From a virus: a stretch of 64,000 nucleotides of DNA. The notes beneath the pieces are model-generated. The model was not told the origin of the DNA, made no database searches, and saw only the letters and a list, made by a program, of their open reading frames with translations. The translations under genes and the position numbers were made by a program. Shown in pieces: positions 18,750 through 29,938 of this stretch. Numbering within the stretch: the stretch's first letter is position 1; each line of letters starts with the position of its first letter. The stretch is from positions 6,029 through 70,028 of the IMG/VR virus record IMGVR_UViG_3300025646_000032; one strand, written 5' to 3'.

Positions 18750-20351
18750 CTAAAAATCTATAACTAAACTAATGTTTTCTACTTGGTCGGAAGATCTTGT
18801 AATGGGGGATCTGTTTTCAATATATGTTACCTCCCCTGTAGACATTTTAACTTCCGGTTCTGTTACACTATTTATACTTAAACCGCTAACGCCTGTTGTA
18901 GTATTTTCTAGAACACTTTGATCTGTTATAACTGGTATATCTGCTACCAAATATAAATCAAAAGTACTTCCGTCTGTATTGTCTACAATTTGTGCTACTC
19001 TAAACTTACCACCGTCTGAATTAGTAATAACATCATCTACGGTGTAAGGAATTTTGTCATTTACATTAACAACATAACAAGACGTTGCAGTAAGATTTGT
19101 AAAGTAACTCGATTCATCATAAGTGTAAACGTTTTTAATTACGCCTACTTGTCTAAAATCATTACCTAATATTAAATCTGCATTTGAATTATCAGAGAAT
19201 GATATATTTACACCAACTGTGGTTGCAAATAATTCTCTTATTGCGTTAGATCCGTGTCCTCCTTGAGGAGATATTACTGCCTCAGCGCGAGCATTAACAC
19301 CAATACCAACAGGGCCGTTTTCAATAGTTACAGTAGCATAACTATAACCAGAACCAGCATTAGTAACATTAATACCTAATATTGCACCTGTTTGTTCAGA
19401 AATAGTTAATGCTGCCTCAGCGCCTGAGCCGTCGCCCTCGATATGTACATAAGCATCACCTGAGCTATAGTCAACACCAGTATCTAAAATTTTAATTTTA
19501 TCAATGGTTCCCATGACTGCAGCTGCTTCAACAGATGATTGAAGTACGGGAGAGGGATCATCATCACCCAAAGTAACCTCTGCTACAGCACCCGATCCTC
19601 CGCCACCGGAAAAGGTAACAAAAGCGAAAGAATATCCTTCGCCGGGGTTATCAATAGTAACACCGTCGACGGCACCTGCAGAGAAGGTAGCTGTAGCAAC
19701 AGCACCTGTGCCGTCTCCGGATATAATGACTGCGGGTGCTGAAGTATATCCACTTCCTCCATCTGTTACTGTAATGGTATCAATTTCTCCGTTTACATCA
19801 AAAGTTGGATTACCAGTAATTTTTCTTACTGGTAGGTGTGAGGAATCTAAAAACTTAGTTCTATCAGCGGCAGAAACTTCAAACATAAACTTCCAAATAT
19901 AACCGTCTGATAATTCAAATGCAGATGTACTAGTACTTGTTGGTTTAAATGTGCTTTGAGAATTGTAATTATTATCTAAACACTTATAAACTTTGTACTC
20001 ATCCGTCATTACATAAAAATTTGCTTGATCAAGAGTCTCAGCTCCTGATTGAGCAGGTGAGCTAGCGGAATATTGATGATCATATGAATCATAAACAGTT
20101 CCGCTAACCCAATCTATTCTTCTTGCCAATAGGCAAACATCGCCATCATTGACCCTTTGTAAAAACATGGCTTCTCGTCTAAACTCGTTGATATAGTAAT
20201 CAGAGTCAGTGGGAGAAGGAGGAGCTTCCTCATCCTCCCACGCTGTAGTTTTGCCAACTACAAAATAATAATAGTCGTTTTCGTTAACTATATCTCTAAA
20301 AAAGGATCTAGCTAATTCAACTCTACCAAGTTTTCTTAGTAATAGGGCCAC
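18750..20351 (-). CDS. gp8: Baseplate wedge subunit gp8
   Basis: NFYVMTDEYKVYKCLDN, DGYIWKFM, ISPQGGHG, NDFRQVG, YIENRSPITR. Confidence 0.85.
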   Translation of the reverse strand: MALLLRKLGRVELARSFFRDIVNENDYYYFVVGKTTAWEDEEAPPSPTDSDYYINEFRREAMFLQRVNDGDVCLLARRIDWVSGTVYDSYDHQYSASSPAQSGAETLDQANFYVMTDEYKVYKCLDNNYNSQSTFKPTSTSTSAFELSDGYIWKFMFEVSAADRTKFLDSSHLPVRKITGNPTFDVNGEIDTITVTDGGSGYTSAPAVIISGDGTGAVATATFSAGAVDGVTIDNPGEGYSFAFVTFSGGGGSGAVAEVTLGDDDPSPVLQSSVEAAAVMGTIDKIKILDTGVDYSSGDAYVHIEGDGSGAEAALTISEQTGAILGINVTNAGSGYSYATVTIENGPVGIGVNARAEAVISPQGGHGSNAIRELFATTVGVNISFSDNSNADLILGNDFRQVGVIKNVYTYDESSYFTNLTATSCYVVNVNDKIPYTVDDVITNSDGGKFRVAQIVDNTDGSTFDLYLVADIPVITDQSVLENTTTGVSGLSINSVTEPEVKMSTGEVTYIENRSPITRSSDQVENISLVIDF

Positions 20352-20362
20352 TAACTCTTACC

Positions 20363-20818
20363 TTAGCTGATTGTTACAGTCCAAGTAATAGTCATAGAGT
20401 CTGATGCGCCTTTATTGACTACTGAAAATACAGTTCTGCAAAGTAATGTACCGCCTGTGCCGTTGTTTAAAACACCAGCTTCAGTTAGTGCACCTGTTCC
20501 TGTACCAGCAGCAAAAGTTGCTACATACTCAATAGCATTGTTAGTAACAGTAGCAGAATCAAGAGCTACTCTTGTAAGTTCTGTTCCTAAAGCAGTATCA
20601 GCTGATGCTGCAGCAGTGTTGTCTGTACCAACAGCCATATGTGACATAACAGCTTCTGATGTGCCGTTCATTCTAGATGCAATAAAATCCAATCCAGAGT
20701 CGACAACAAGGTTGTCAACTGTAAAATCTTGTTTTACAGAACCGAATTCGTCTCTAACTACAACGTTAACTTTACCTGTAGCCTTTTGAGTTTCTTTGTT
20801 TAACATTTCGTTCTCCAT
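20363..20818 (-). CDS. Baseplate/tail-fibre attachment-type structural protein
   Basis: NLVV..G, MAVGT, DTALGTEL.R, ALTEAGV, RTVFSVVNK. Confidence 0.7.
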   Translation of the reverse strand: MENEMLNKETQKATGKVNVVVRDEFGSVKQDFTVDNLVVDSGLDFIASRMNGTSEAVMSHMAVGTDNTAAASADTALGTELTRVALDSATVTNNAIEYVATFAAGTGTGALTEAGVLNNGTGGTLLCRTVFSVVNKGASDSMTITWTVTIS

Positions 20819-20825
20819 TTAGTAA

Positions 20826-23567
20826 TTAAATAGGTGTTCCTGAACCAACATAATCGCCTCCGAAGAAGCCTTCACTTGAATAGTTTTCTACTACTACCAA
20901 GCCTGTATCAGATGTTGTTAGTAACTCCTGTTTATTAGTTGTTGTTTGTAAATTTGTATTGTCTGTAGCTGATAAAATATCTGCTACTCTCTTCTGTTTA
21001 TTTATAACGGTGAAATATGTTCCTACATAATCTTCTAAGAAGTAATTACCATTAACATAATTCTGAATGCCGAAATTTAGTTCTTCATCAAGGTTAATGT
21101 CATCTCCAACTCCATCAGGACCAAATCCTTCAATTAGTTGAGTGAATTGTTTAGTAGGTGTATCACTTACCGTTCCTGTGTCAGTCACAGGTTTTGAAAT
21201 ATCTTTAGCATCTGTTTCTGTTGCTAAAGGTATTTCTGAAATAGCTTTGTTTATATCAAAACTATCAAGAGCATCTGTGGATACTGCACTTTCTATAACA
21301 TTCTTATTATATGTTATAATATCAATATCAGATGCAGTTTGTGTTTCAGTAAACACTCTTATAAACTGTATTACATTTTCAAAAGACTGTAAAACAGTTA
21401 GCGTTTCTGTAAACGGTTTATTTAATAATTTAGTATCAGCTTCTGAAATAGAAACTGTATTGTCAATAGGTTTATTGATTTCTTTAATATTTGCTTCTGA
21501 CGCAGTTAGATCTTCTTCTTTGTTTAAAGTAATATCTAATGCTTGATCGTCTGAATTAAATACAGTATCAAAAGGTTCTCTTATATAATCTACGACTCTT
21601 TCAAATACTTGAGATACACTTCCAACATCTGCCTTAGCAAGTCTTAAGTACTTAGAATCTTGTTCAATTGCAACAGCAACCTCTTCTTTATTCATATCGT
21701 ATCTGAAGAAGTCAAAGTCTGTTACATGTGTTAAATCAGTTACATTCTTGCGGTAATCAAGTTCTACAAGTAATGTATCTGCTAATGCAAGGTCTGTAAT
21801 GAATTTTCTAAATACTGTACCAGTAATTGCAACACTAATGGTAGAAGCAAAATCTACATTATGTTTAATAATTAGATCAGAAAATACTTCTAAGCCCGCG
21901 GGGTGGATGAAGTCTTTTAAAGGTCCTTCCCATCGTTCTTGAGCAGTACCAGTCTTAACAACGTATGAATACTTCTGCCATTTTTTGTTATCTTGTAATA
22001 CGTTAACATTAGATAACTTTCCTTTGTCGTCAATATACTTACCAGCATAAGTTAACAAATAGCCAGATGTTATTCTTATTGAAGCTACTGTTCCATTTCT
22101 CGAAGTTATATTAAGATCAGTATTTACATTTAAAAATCCATAACCTCCAGATATAACTTCCCATGCAACAGGTGCGTTATAATTATCTGGATCAACTTCT
22201 AGAATTTTAATATAGGCACCGTTTCTACCACCAATAAGAACATAATCTTCTTCAAAGTATGTGATAGAATAGCCTCTGCCATCGTCTCCAGTTTCATTAA
22301 TTTCAAATGTATCTCCAACTCTAAAACCGGAGTCTGAGGTGTATGAAGTGGAATTTGTAGAAACTGAAACAAGTGTTCTAACTAGGTCTCCATACTTAGT
22401 CATTGAAGCGTGCATGCCAATGGCTAGATGAGTTTCTATAGGTGTTGTGTTTATAATTACGGTAGGATCAGTATAACCACTCCCTCCGTCAGTAATTGTA
22501 ACAGAAGCAATTTGTCCGTTTTCTATATTTGCTCTTACTGTTGCTCCTATTCCTGTTGGGTCCCCGATGCTTATAGGTGGGGCAGCAATATATTCACTTC
22601 CCCCGTTTAAAACCTCTACATCGGTTACTACACCTGATGTAACAGTAATATTAAATGTTGCTCCGGTTCCAGGACCTTCTATTTTTGTTACTGTATCAGG
22701 TAAGTTAAGATATACTTCATAAGTTTGTGGAGCAGTGTAAGCAATTTTTTCAACTCTTTCTACAGTTGTATCAATTTCTTTAACTGTAGTAATTGTACCA
22801 GTTGTAGCATAATAGTGTATACCTACAACCTTACCTGGGAGGGTAAGAGGATCAGGACCTCCGTCAATTTCAGTAATTTTTATTGACTTTTCTACAACCC
22901 ACTGTCCATCAGATGGGCGTAATAAGTAGTGTTGTGGATAATAAACTTCTACTTCTTCGTTGTAAAGAATCCTAAAAAACATTTCAATGGATCTTCTTGA
23001 TCCTTTAGTTTCGTAAATGTCTTTTAGTCTTTTTAGTAAAGTTGTTTTATCTACCGATAAAATTTTAGGCAAATCGATACCTAGGTATTTTTGCCACTTG
23101 TTTAAAAAGGCCTCTGAGGCCTTGTCTATATCGTTAACATGTTCGTTTAATAAAAACTTTTCTGGACCTTCCGTCGCCATCCACTCATAATATTTTTTAA
23201 GAAATAGAACAAATTGAGGATAACGATTTGTAATATATTCTGGAAACTGTTGTTCCAGTAATAGTGAATGTGTTTGATCGTATTCAGTGCTTGAGTCAGT
23301 AGCAAATGAAAGGATTGCTATAAGTTGTGCACCACCTCCTCCACCGCCTCCAGTTACAGTAACGGTAGGAGAACTAGTGTATCCAGTTCCTGGATTAGTA
23401 ACAGTTACGCCTACAATTTCTCCACTGTAAACCTCAGCAGTAGCTGTTGCTCCTGTGCCGCCGCCTCCTGAGATTGTAAGTGTTGGCGCAGAAGAATATC
23501 CACTACCTGCATTTTGGATAGTTAACCTAGAAACATACCTGTAATAACTAGGAATGTAATGAGACAT
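20826..23567 (-). CDS. gp7: Baseplate wedge initiator gp7-like
   Basis: [44 protein letters not shown]; follows gp6. Confidence 0.7.
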   Translation of the reverse strand: MSHYIPSYYRYVSRLTIQNAGSGYSSAPTLTISGGGGTGATATAEVYSGEIVGVTVTNPGTGYTSSPTVTVTGGGGGGGAQLIAILSFATDSSTEYDQTHSLLLEQQFPEYITNRYPQFVLFLKKYYEWMATEGPEKFLLNEHVNDIDKASEAFLNKWQKYLGIDLPKILSVDKTTLLKRLKDIYETKGSRRSIEMFFRILYNEEVEVYYPQHYLLRPSDGQWVVEKSIKITEIDGGPDPLTLPGKVVGIHYYATTGTITTVKEIDTTVERVEKIAYTAPQTYEVYLNLPDTVTKIEGPGTGATFNITVTSGVVTDVEVLNGGSEYIAAPPISIGDPTGIGATVRANIENGQIASVTITDGGSGYTDPTVIINTTPIETHLAIGMHASMTKYGDLVRTLVSVSTNSTSYTSDSGFRVGDTFEINETGDDGRGYSITYFEEDYVLIGGRNGAYIKILEVDPDNYNAPVAWEVISGGYGFLNVNTDLNITSRNGTVASIRITSGYLLTYAGKYIDDKGKLSNVNVLQDNKKWQKYSYVVKTGTAQERWEGPLKDFIHPAGLEVFSDLIIKHNVDFASTISVAITGTVFRKFITDLALADTLLVELDYRKNVTDLTHVTDFDFFRYDMNKEEVAVAIEQDSKYLRLAKADVGSVSQVFERVVDYIREPFDTVFNSDDQALDITLNKEEDLTASEANIKEINKPIDNTVSISEADTKLLNKPFTETLTVLQSFENVIQFIRVFTETQTASDIDIITYNKNVIESAVSTDALDSFDINKAISEIPLATETDAKDISKPVTDTGTVSDTPTKQFTQLIEGFGPDGVGDDINLDEELNFGIQNYVNGNYFLEDYVGTYFTVINKQKRVADILSATDNTNLQTTTNKQELLTTSDTGLVVVENYSSEGFFGGDYVGSGTPI

Positions 23568-25474
23568 TAATCTTCTCTTACTCTAGCAGTTGTTGTTATA
23601 ACCATACCGTTCTGACTTCCAGTATTAGTATTAAACGTGGTGTTATCTAATTTTAATATTGTGTTTCTAGAAGGCAAAGGTATGATTGGATTTTCACTTA
23701 CAATAGTATTTCTTGTAAGTATATCTGTTTTAATATCTTTTACCGTTTCATGAGGTATAACATTAAACCTAACAATATTTTCGTTTGAATAAGTTGACTT
23801 GACAATTAAATCTGGAAATACTATTTTTCCAGTATCATAATCAATAGTACCAATGCTTGCTATTCTTTTGCCGTCTGTACCTTCCAACATGAGAGTACCC
23901 ATACCACTATAACTTGGAGCTACTACATCTGCATTAGGAACATCAATAACCTTTACCTTATATGTGTTGTTTGATAATTCGTAATTAAACCATGTACTGT
24001 AAAAAGTTCTTGGTTGTATTTTTGCATTAAATGTATTACGATATGTACCTACTGCATTAATGTCAGTGGTTGTAATTCTCTTTTGTAACCTGTAATTGAG
24101 AGCTAAAGAAACAACCGCATCACTGATATTTAAAAGTTCGTTGTGTAAATCGTTATAATATAAGTGTTTATTTAAACTATTTAAACTGTTAGAAAAATAA
24201 TTAGTAATTGCGTCTTTTGCCAAATTAATAATTTGTCCAGAAGTTAGACCTGTTTCTTTTGAATTGTAAGAAACATTCAATTGAATTCCTACATAAGTAA
24301 ACTCTGGATCAACAAATTCAGGAATAATAGCAATTGGTGTTTTAGGACCAATAATTTCTGCTTGAATTTTATCTTTATCTGACTGTGTGATAATAGAACC
24401 TGAAACAGGATTTAACGACAAAAACACCTTCCCGTAAATTGGGGGATCATTATCTTCACCTCCCCAAACAGATACTGATTCAATATTTGGGTTTGCTGCT
24501 AAAATTAACGATTGATAATCTCTAGCAGTAACCGCACGTTCTTTTGTTGCGTTGTATCTTGGTGCATTTTTCTTAATACTATCTACAGACTCTCTAGCAA
24601 CACCGCCTGCAGATGCTTGAACAGTTTGAACCTGAACCTCTTCTGTAGATAGTGTTAGAGTTTGTCCAACGGAAAACTGCCTCGCATTGTTGGCAGGTGC
24701 TCCCACTGTAGCAAGATAATCAATTATAACAATATTTCCTACCTCAAGAGCTCTACCTACAACACCGTCACCAAATCTAACTTGATATAAACCATCTGCG
24801 CCTTCTTCAATATAATAAGAAGCCGTCGTAGATTTAACATCTATAAATTTGTCTCTTTGTGTAAAGGTAGTAAGTCCAAAATCTGTTGCAGAGTTTTGTA
24901 CTCTTACTCTTAGTGTTGATGTGTCAACACCGGCATTAGGGATCGTAAAAGGTCCAGTTAAGTTAGAACTATTTACAATAAAACTATTTGAAACTCGCCG
25001 GCCTTCTTTGATTTTTAAACCTGGGAAGGCAAACAAATCTCTTCCCTGAAAATTTCTTAAAATAGAAAATTGTCCAGTTTGAGGAAAAAAGGTGTAAAAC
25101 TGTCCGTCAATAGTTGTTTGAAAACGAGTATCTCTTGTAATACTTAAAATAGTATCAGTGTATCCTGCTGGAGGGTAAACGATTAAATTTACAGTTGCCT
25201 CAGCTGCTCGTCTTGATCTTGGTGTGTATCCAATAGCCTTTGCTAAGGATACCACCGAAGAACGTTTGACTGCACTGTCAAGAAAACTTTCGTTTACAAT
25301 CATGTGGGACAACATAGCATTATAATGTGTATTATAAGCTAAGACGTCTAAGAGAATTGAAAGGCCAGAGCCCTCAAAATTATAATCTGAAAACTCGTCT
25401 TGAGCTTGCAGATAAGTTTGTAGGCTTTGCTTAATAGATGCAAAGTCTAATTCTGAGACATCTAGTTGTGCCAT
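23567..25474 (-). CDS. gp6: Baseplate wedge subunit gp6
   Basis: [52 protein letters not shown]. Confidence 0.95.
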   Translation of the reverse strand: MAQLDVSELDFASIKQSLQTYLQAQDEFSDYNFEGSGLSILLDVLAYNTHYNAMLSHMIVNESFLDSAVKRSSVVSLAKAIGYTPRSRRAAEATVNLIVYPPAGYTDTILSITRDTRFQTTIDGQFYTFFPQTGQFSILRNFQGRDLFAFPGLKIKEGRRVSNSFIVNSSNLTGPFTIPNAGVDTSTLRVRVQNSATDFGLTTFTQRDKFIDVKSTTASYYIEEGADGLYQVRFGDGVVGRALEVGNIVIIDYLATVGAPANNARQFSVGQTLTLSTEEVQVQTVQASAGGVARESVDSIKKNAPRYNATKERAVTARDYQSLILAANPNIESVSVWGGEDNDPPIYGKVFLSLNPVSGSIITQSDKDKIQAEIIGPKTPIAIIPEFVDPEFTYVGIQLNVSYNSKETGLTSGQIINLAKDAITNYFSNSLNSLNKHLYYNDLHNELLNISDAVVSLALNYRLQKRITTTDINAVGTYRNTFNAKIQPRTFYSTWFNYELSNNTYKVKVIDVPNADVVAPSYSGMGTLMLEGTDGKRIASIGTIDYDTGKIVFPDLIVKSTYSNENIVRFNVIPHETVKDIKTDILTRNTIVSENPIIPLPSRNTILKLDNTTFNTNTGSQNGMVITTTARVRED

Positions 25475-25496
25475 GTTACCCTCGATTTACTTTTTG

Positions 25497-25886
25497 TTAT
25501 TCTACAACAACCCAATCTTCGTCAGCGTCGACAGTAGTAACTGTTAAGGTAATGCCATTTTCAGCATTCCAAGCGTCTCTGTCTAAGGCTTCTTGTGGCT
25601 TTGGATCTAACCACAACACTGGATCTTCGTCAGTGCATTTAATTCTAGTTTCCTTGTAATCCCCCCAATTATCAGAAGATGTAACAATTAACTGACTCTT
25701 GTCAGTGTTTAGTTCTTCTGAGGTTGGAAAGGCGGGATCAATAGCATAAGATGCTTCGATCACATGAGGGTGTAAGCCTTCAAATCTAGGACTATCTGAA
25801 TAGTCTGTAATTGACTCTAAATGATCATCAAACCATTCAGCAGTTTCAGGCTTTTCTTCTCGGATAATAGTAATTTTATTAGCCAT
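25497..25886 (-). CDS. Acidic hypothetical protein inserted between gp25 and gp6
   Basis: 129 aa ORF fills the gap, GGAG RBS. Confidence 0.6.
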   Translation of the reverse strand: MANKITIIREEKPETAEWFDDHLESITDYSDSPRFEGLHPHVIEASYAIDPAFPTSEELNTDKSQLIVTSSDNWGDYKETRIKCTDEDPVLWLDPKPQEALDRDAWNAENGITLTVTTVDADEDWVVVE

Positions 25887-25887
25887 T

Positions 25888-26292
25888 TTATCTTAATCTC
25901 CTTAAATTTAATGAAAGTGTTTGAGGCGAATCAACGCCTCTCACGGTATAATAGATCGCCACACTATACGAGTTTAGATCAACTGCTGGCTGAACGTCAA
26001 CTCTATCAAGGCCAACTCTTGGCTCATAATTAGTAATGACTTGTTCTACAATTTTTTGTAATGCTACGGCAACCTGAGGACTAACATTTTCAAACAATAA
26101 TCCTCTAATGCCGGTTCCTAGTCTAGGTCTAAATAATCTTTCATTAAAATTTGTAGACACTAAACTAATGAGTGCTTGTTTGACTGCATTTACATCGACA
26201 ACCTTAGAGATATCTCCGGTAGCCGGATTTGCTGTAAAGTTTAAATCCAGGTCCTTATATATTCTACTTGTTTTGGCTGTTTGTATTGGCAT
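25888..26292 (-). CDS. gp25: Baseplate wedge subunit gp25
   Basis: YKDLDLNF..NP, ERLFRP.LG, NYEPRV. Confidence 0.9.
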   Translation of the reverse strand: MPIQTAKTSRIYKDLDLNFTANPATGDISKVVDVNAVKQALISLVSTNFNERLFRPRLGTGIRGLLFENVSPQVAVALQKIVEQVITNYEPRVGLDRVDVQPAVDLNSYSVAIYYTVRGVDSPQTLSLNLRRLR

Positions 26293-26297
26293 AAATG

Positions 26298-26305
26298 TAT
26301 TTATA
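26298..26305 (-). promoter_or_regulatory. Late promoter TATAAATA
   Basis: Exact match 5 nt before the gp25 ATG. Confidence 0.65.
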
Positions 26306-26309
26306 ACAA

Positions 26310-28130
26310 TTAGCCCTGTGGTCCTTTATATATTTTTGGTGGTTCAAAGTTTTCGAATCTTGCTTCTGCTTCTCCTATTCTAGCAGCAATATCAATTGTA
26401 AATACAGGTTCCGGTAAAGGTGGTAGTTTGTATCCTTTTAATATTGCTTTAGCATCTACTTCAGGGAAGGTGATGCCTGTAGATTTTACAATAATCTCAC
26501 CTGAAGGGTCCTCGTTAATGCTAGGCAATAACTTACAAAGAGCCGCTATATCTGTTGCTCCTTGCCCTAAAAGACTAGATGCTAAACCTAACAGCTGATC
26601 AAAGTCTCTTATTGGATTGCCTGAGAATTCAAATCCTCCAAGACTGTCAATAATGCCGCCCCACTTTTTACCTAATTGTTGCATCTTTGCTGCAGCAGCA
26701 AGAGCTTCGTTTCCACCGGCAGCAATTTTGTCAACTAAATCCAGTGCCTCTTTAAGGCCGCCTTCTAAGTTATCGGCTTTTTCTTTTACTGCATCGGGAA
26801 TCATGGCAACCAATGCGTCTTTGAGAGAACCTAGCTCGGCTTCAATTAAGGTTTCAACAGAATCAAGAAGATCGGAAACTCCAAACAAAACAGAGTCTAA
26901 CAAATCATCAAAAGCTTCGTCAAACTCGAGTATTTTTTGTGCTAATTCTCTTAGTCCTTTTGCAGGTCCACAATCACTTGGATCGCCAAAACCAATACCA
27001 TCAGTAATACCAGGATAGTTTGCTGGGGGCTTAGGTGTCTTAGGTGGCTTAGAACTTGGAGGCTGGCCAGCAGGTGGACTAGAAGCGCCCCCTGAGCCTC
27101 CGCCTCCTCCGCCGCCGGTAGCGCTCCCGCCTCCTCCGCCGCCGGTAGCGCTCCCGCCTCCTCCGCCGCCGGGAGCATCTCCTCCGCCTTCTGCAGTGGG
27201 TTCATATAATTTTGTTACTTCAATAACAGCAGGAATAGGATAACTATAACTGGTTGTTACCTCATCAACATAAAAACGATCTCCAACTTTGTATCCTTCT
27301 CCTCGATCAACTACACTTACATTTGTTAGAGTTCCAAGGTTAACAGCAGAAATTGTATATTCAAAGGTGGCGTTATTTCCAAGGTTGCCTGGAGATCTTC
27401 TAGAACGGACATTACCAGCTGATAGTCTTTCTCCAGGTTCAACAATTCTAACAAACTCAATAGGACCGGTTTTAGCGTCTACAATTTCTCCACCATAAAA
27501 CCTTGCCTGAGAAGATTTTTGTAATACAGAATAAATCTTCATTGGAATTGATTGAGCGTTTACTGTCTTAAAAACAGATTCTAAATTTCCAGGCTCTTGT
27601 GTTAAATGAATTCCAATATAACCTTCAAAGCCATCATATGGAATTTCTAAAGAATTGACAGAGGGATTGACGTTTCCGTGAACAATGAAAAACATATAAC
27701 GCCAGTATCTAACACCATCAACTGTATGTTCACCTTGATAAAATCCGCTTACTTTTTGTAATTTGGAATCTACAGTAATAGGATTTGAACCTATATTTTG
27801 ACTGATAGTTACTGTTATATTTGCAAATGTGCTATCTGAAAAACCTGTTATGTCTTTAAATGCATCAACTGGGATATGAACAAAAAATCTTCTCTCTCCC
27901 CAATCCTTATCCCCTTCATTAGAAACACCATCAGGAATTTTTGCGCTTCCCTCAACATAAGTTCCTCTAGAGAAAGGAAAATAAGCTACACCGTTGTTAT
28001 TAACTCTAAAATCAGAAATACTACCTTTTTCAGCTAGCTCAAGAACAGGGTTCTCCTCAGGATTGAGAGGAGTATCCCACCCTAAGGAAAACATTTTTTC
28101 GTGTTCTAAATATCTATCAAATGATGCCAT
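26310..28130 (-). CDS. Hypothetical baseplate-region protein, two domains joined by a Gly/Pro linker
   Basis: 606 aa ORF between gp5 and gp25; GGGGGGSAT repeats. Confidence 0.7.
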   Translation of the reverse strand: MASFDRYLEHEKMFSLGWDTPLNPEENPVLELAEKGSISDFRVNNNGVAYFPFSRGTYVEGSAKIPDGVSNEGDKDWGERRFFVHIPVDAFKDITGFSDSTFANITVTISQNIGSNPITVDSKLQKVSGFYQGEHTVDGVRYWRYMFFIVHGNVNPSVNSLEIPYDGFEGYIGIHLTQEPGNLESVFKTVNAQSIPMKIYSVLQKSSQARFYGGEIVDAKTGPIEFVRIVEPGERLSAGNVRSRRSPGNLGNNATFEYTISAVNLGTLTNVSVVDRGEGYKVGDRFYVDEVTTSYSYPIPAVIEVTKLYEPTAEGGGDAPGGGGGGSATGGGGGGSATGGGGGGGSGGASSPPAGQPPSSKPPKTPKPPANYPGITDGIGFGDPSDCGPAKGLRELAQKILEFDEAFDDLLDSVLFGVSDLLDSVETLIEAELGSLKDALVAMIPDAVKEKADNLEGGLKEALDLVDKIAAGGNEALAAAAKMQQLGKKWGGIIDSLGGFEFSGNPIRDFDQLLGLASSLLGQGATDIAALCKLLPSINEDPSGEIIVKSTGITFPEVDAKAILKGYKLPPLPEPVFTIDIAARIGEAEARFENFEPPKIYKGPQG

Positions 28131-28139
28131 TATAGTTCC

Positions 28140-29936
28140 TTATGCGTCCGGTTCTGTTGTATCTGCTGGAGCGCCGCTACCTGGTATCTCTTTATGTTTA
28201 TGTGTAGCCAATGTAGGTCCATTGCCTGCATCTGTTGAAACATCTCCGCCTGCATGGATAGTATCTTCAACATTCAACAAGCCTGATTGTGTACCAGAAC
28301 TCATTATTGAAACATCACTCAAGAATCCTGTTCCTTCTGTATTTTGATGTATGTAGTAACCATTGTGTATTGTAGTAACTTTGTTTCCACCAGTTGCTGG
28401 TTTTTCTGGCGCCGCCTCTTGTGTAACATTTCCTTCTGCATCTGTTTCTTCTGGTACTGCAGGCTCATACGGAGTTCCTACATCAATATTCTGATCTACT
28501 CCAATCTGTGTTGATTGTGATTCCGCAACATTAATTTCTTGTTCTGCGTTAGTTCTAATAAACATCTTCTTCTCTGAAAGTACATCTAATTCATCGTCTC
28601 TTGATTCTATTGTCATTTTCTTTTTAGAGACAATGTAACCAGTGTCTGTAGTAGCAACGCTATATAGCCCAGCTACACCTAAATTATATTTACCACCAAC
28701 AAGATTGGTCCAGTTGTCTGATACTGTAACCTTCATGTTCTTAAGATGCTTATATTTTACATCTCCGTAAACTGTAGTTTGTTTATCTTTTCCAACCGAG
28801 TGGTACTGATTGCCTACAATAGTTTCTGAGTCGTCTCCAGAAACACGCAAGCCTTTATCGCCGTTAATTTGTGTGTTTTGATTAGACAATACCTCAAGAA
28901 TGTCGTTACCTCCAATCTTTGTATGTCTATCCCCTCTAATTGTTACAAACTTATCCCCGTCAATTTCTTCGTAAACATCTCCGTTAACATACATGTGAGC
29001 ATCGCCCTTAACATTAACTGTAAGGCGTCCCTCTACATAAACGTTTTTATCTTTTAATAAGATGCTAAAGTCATTACCAACAACCTTGGTAATCTTTTGT
29101 CCGTCCCATTGTATTTCTTCAAAAGTACCCGAGTTATGATAAGTATGAATTCTACCATTGCCTGGAGAGTCGTCTACTTCAAAGGCATGCCCCGACTCAG
29201 TTTCTAAAACACTATTGTAAGGGTACATTGAAGTTTGACCTTTCTTAATAAGGTCTGATGTTGGTTTTGTTCCTAATGGTACATAAGAAGCTTCTCCAAC
29301 ATCTTTAATTTTATTCCCGTCAACTTCCATTTTACTAAAACGAGGCTTAGGCTCGTCATAGTGTGTCCTTTGATAAATTTTACCGTCTTTTTGTCCTGCA
29401 ACAGAACTAACATCTGGTGCCATAGCGACAGGAATGTCAGTAAGTCTCATTGCTCTCTTGTTAATAAGAGAGGCGTGCAGTTCTGCATCTTCACCTCTAG
29501 CTAGTCTGCTAGAGTCTGGCTCTTTTAAAGCGTTGTAACCTGTACCTGGAGGACATTTTGGATAAACACCTAAAGGATCTGTAAAACCCATTAATGGATC
29601 AGGGGGATCACATGAGTCTTCTTTTAATCCAGGACCCCTTTGTGGGTTTGCTGAGAAACAGCCCATAATAACTGGCATTTGCATATCGTCTCCGTCAGCA
29701 AAAAATCCAATTACTCTAGCCCCTTCTACTAAAGCTGGGTTATGACCTACACCAGAGATGCCGGGCGTTGTAGTGGGAAGCATAGAAACTGCCCAAGGCA
29801 AGTCTTTAATAGGTAATGCTTCCTTATTACCGGTATTATAACCAATAATACGAACACGATAACGTCCAAGGAATTCTGGATCGGCTCTGTCCTCAACAAT
29901 ACCAATCCACCAAAAGAAATTCATTCTACTAATCAT
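28140..29936 (-). CDS. gp5: Baseplate hub/spike gp5 (OB fold plus beta-helix, no lysozyme)
   Basis: WWIGIVEDR.DP..LGRYRVRIIG, LPWA, GFFADG..Q.PVIMG, YPYN.V.ETESGH. Confidence 0.9.
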   Translation of the reverse strand: MISRMNFFWWIGIVEDRADPEFLGRYRVRIIGYNTGNKEALPIKDLPWAVSMLPTTTPGISGVGHNPALVEGARVIGFFADGDDMQMPVIMGCFSANPQRGPGLKEDSCDPPDPLMGFTDPLGVYPKCPPGTGYNALKEPDSSRLARGEDAELHASLINKRAMRLTDIPVAMAPDVSSVAGQKDGKIYQRTHYDEPKPRFSKMEVDGNKIKDVGEASYVPLGTKPTSDLIKKGQTSMYPYNSVLETESGHAFEVDDSPGNGRIHTYHNSGTFEEIQWDGQKITKVVGNDFSILLKDKNVYVEGRLTVNVKGDAHMYVNGDVYEEIDGDKFVTIRGDRHTKIGGNDILEVLSNQNTQINGDKGLRVSGDDSETIVGNQYHSVGKDKQTTVYGDVKYKHLKNMKVTVSDNWTNLVGGKYNLGVAGLYSVATTDTGYIVSKKKMTIESRDDELDVLSEKKMFIRTNAEQEINVAESQSTQIGVDQNIDVGTPYEPAVPEETDAEGNVTQEAAPEKPATGGNKVTTIHNGYYIHQNTEGTGFLSDVSIMSSGTQSGLLNVEDTIHAGGDVSTDAGNGPTLATHKHKEIPGSGAPADTTEPDA

Positions 29937-29938
29937 AA

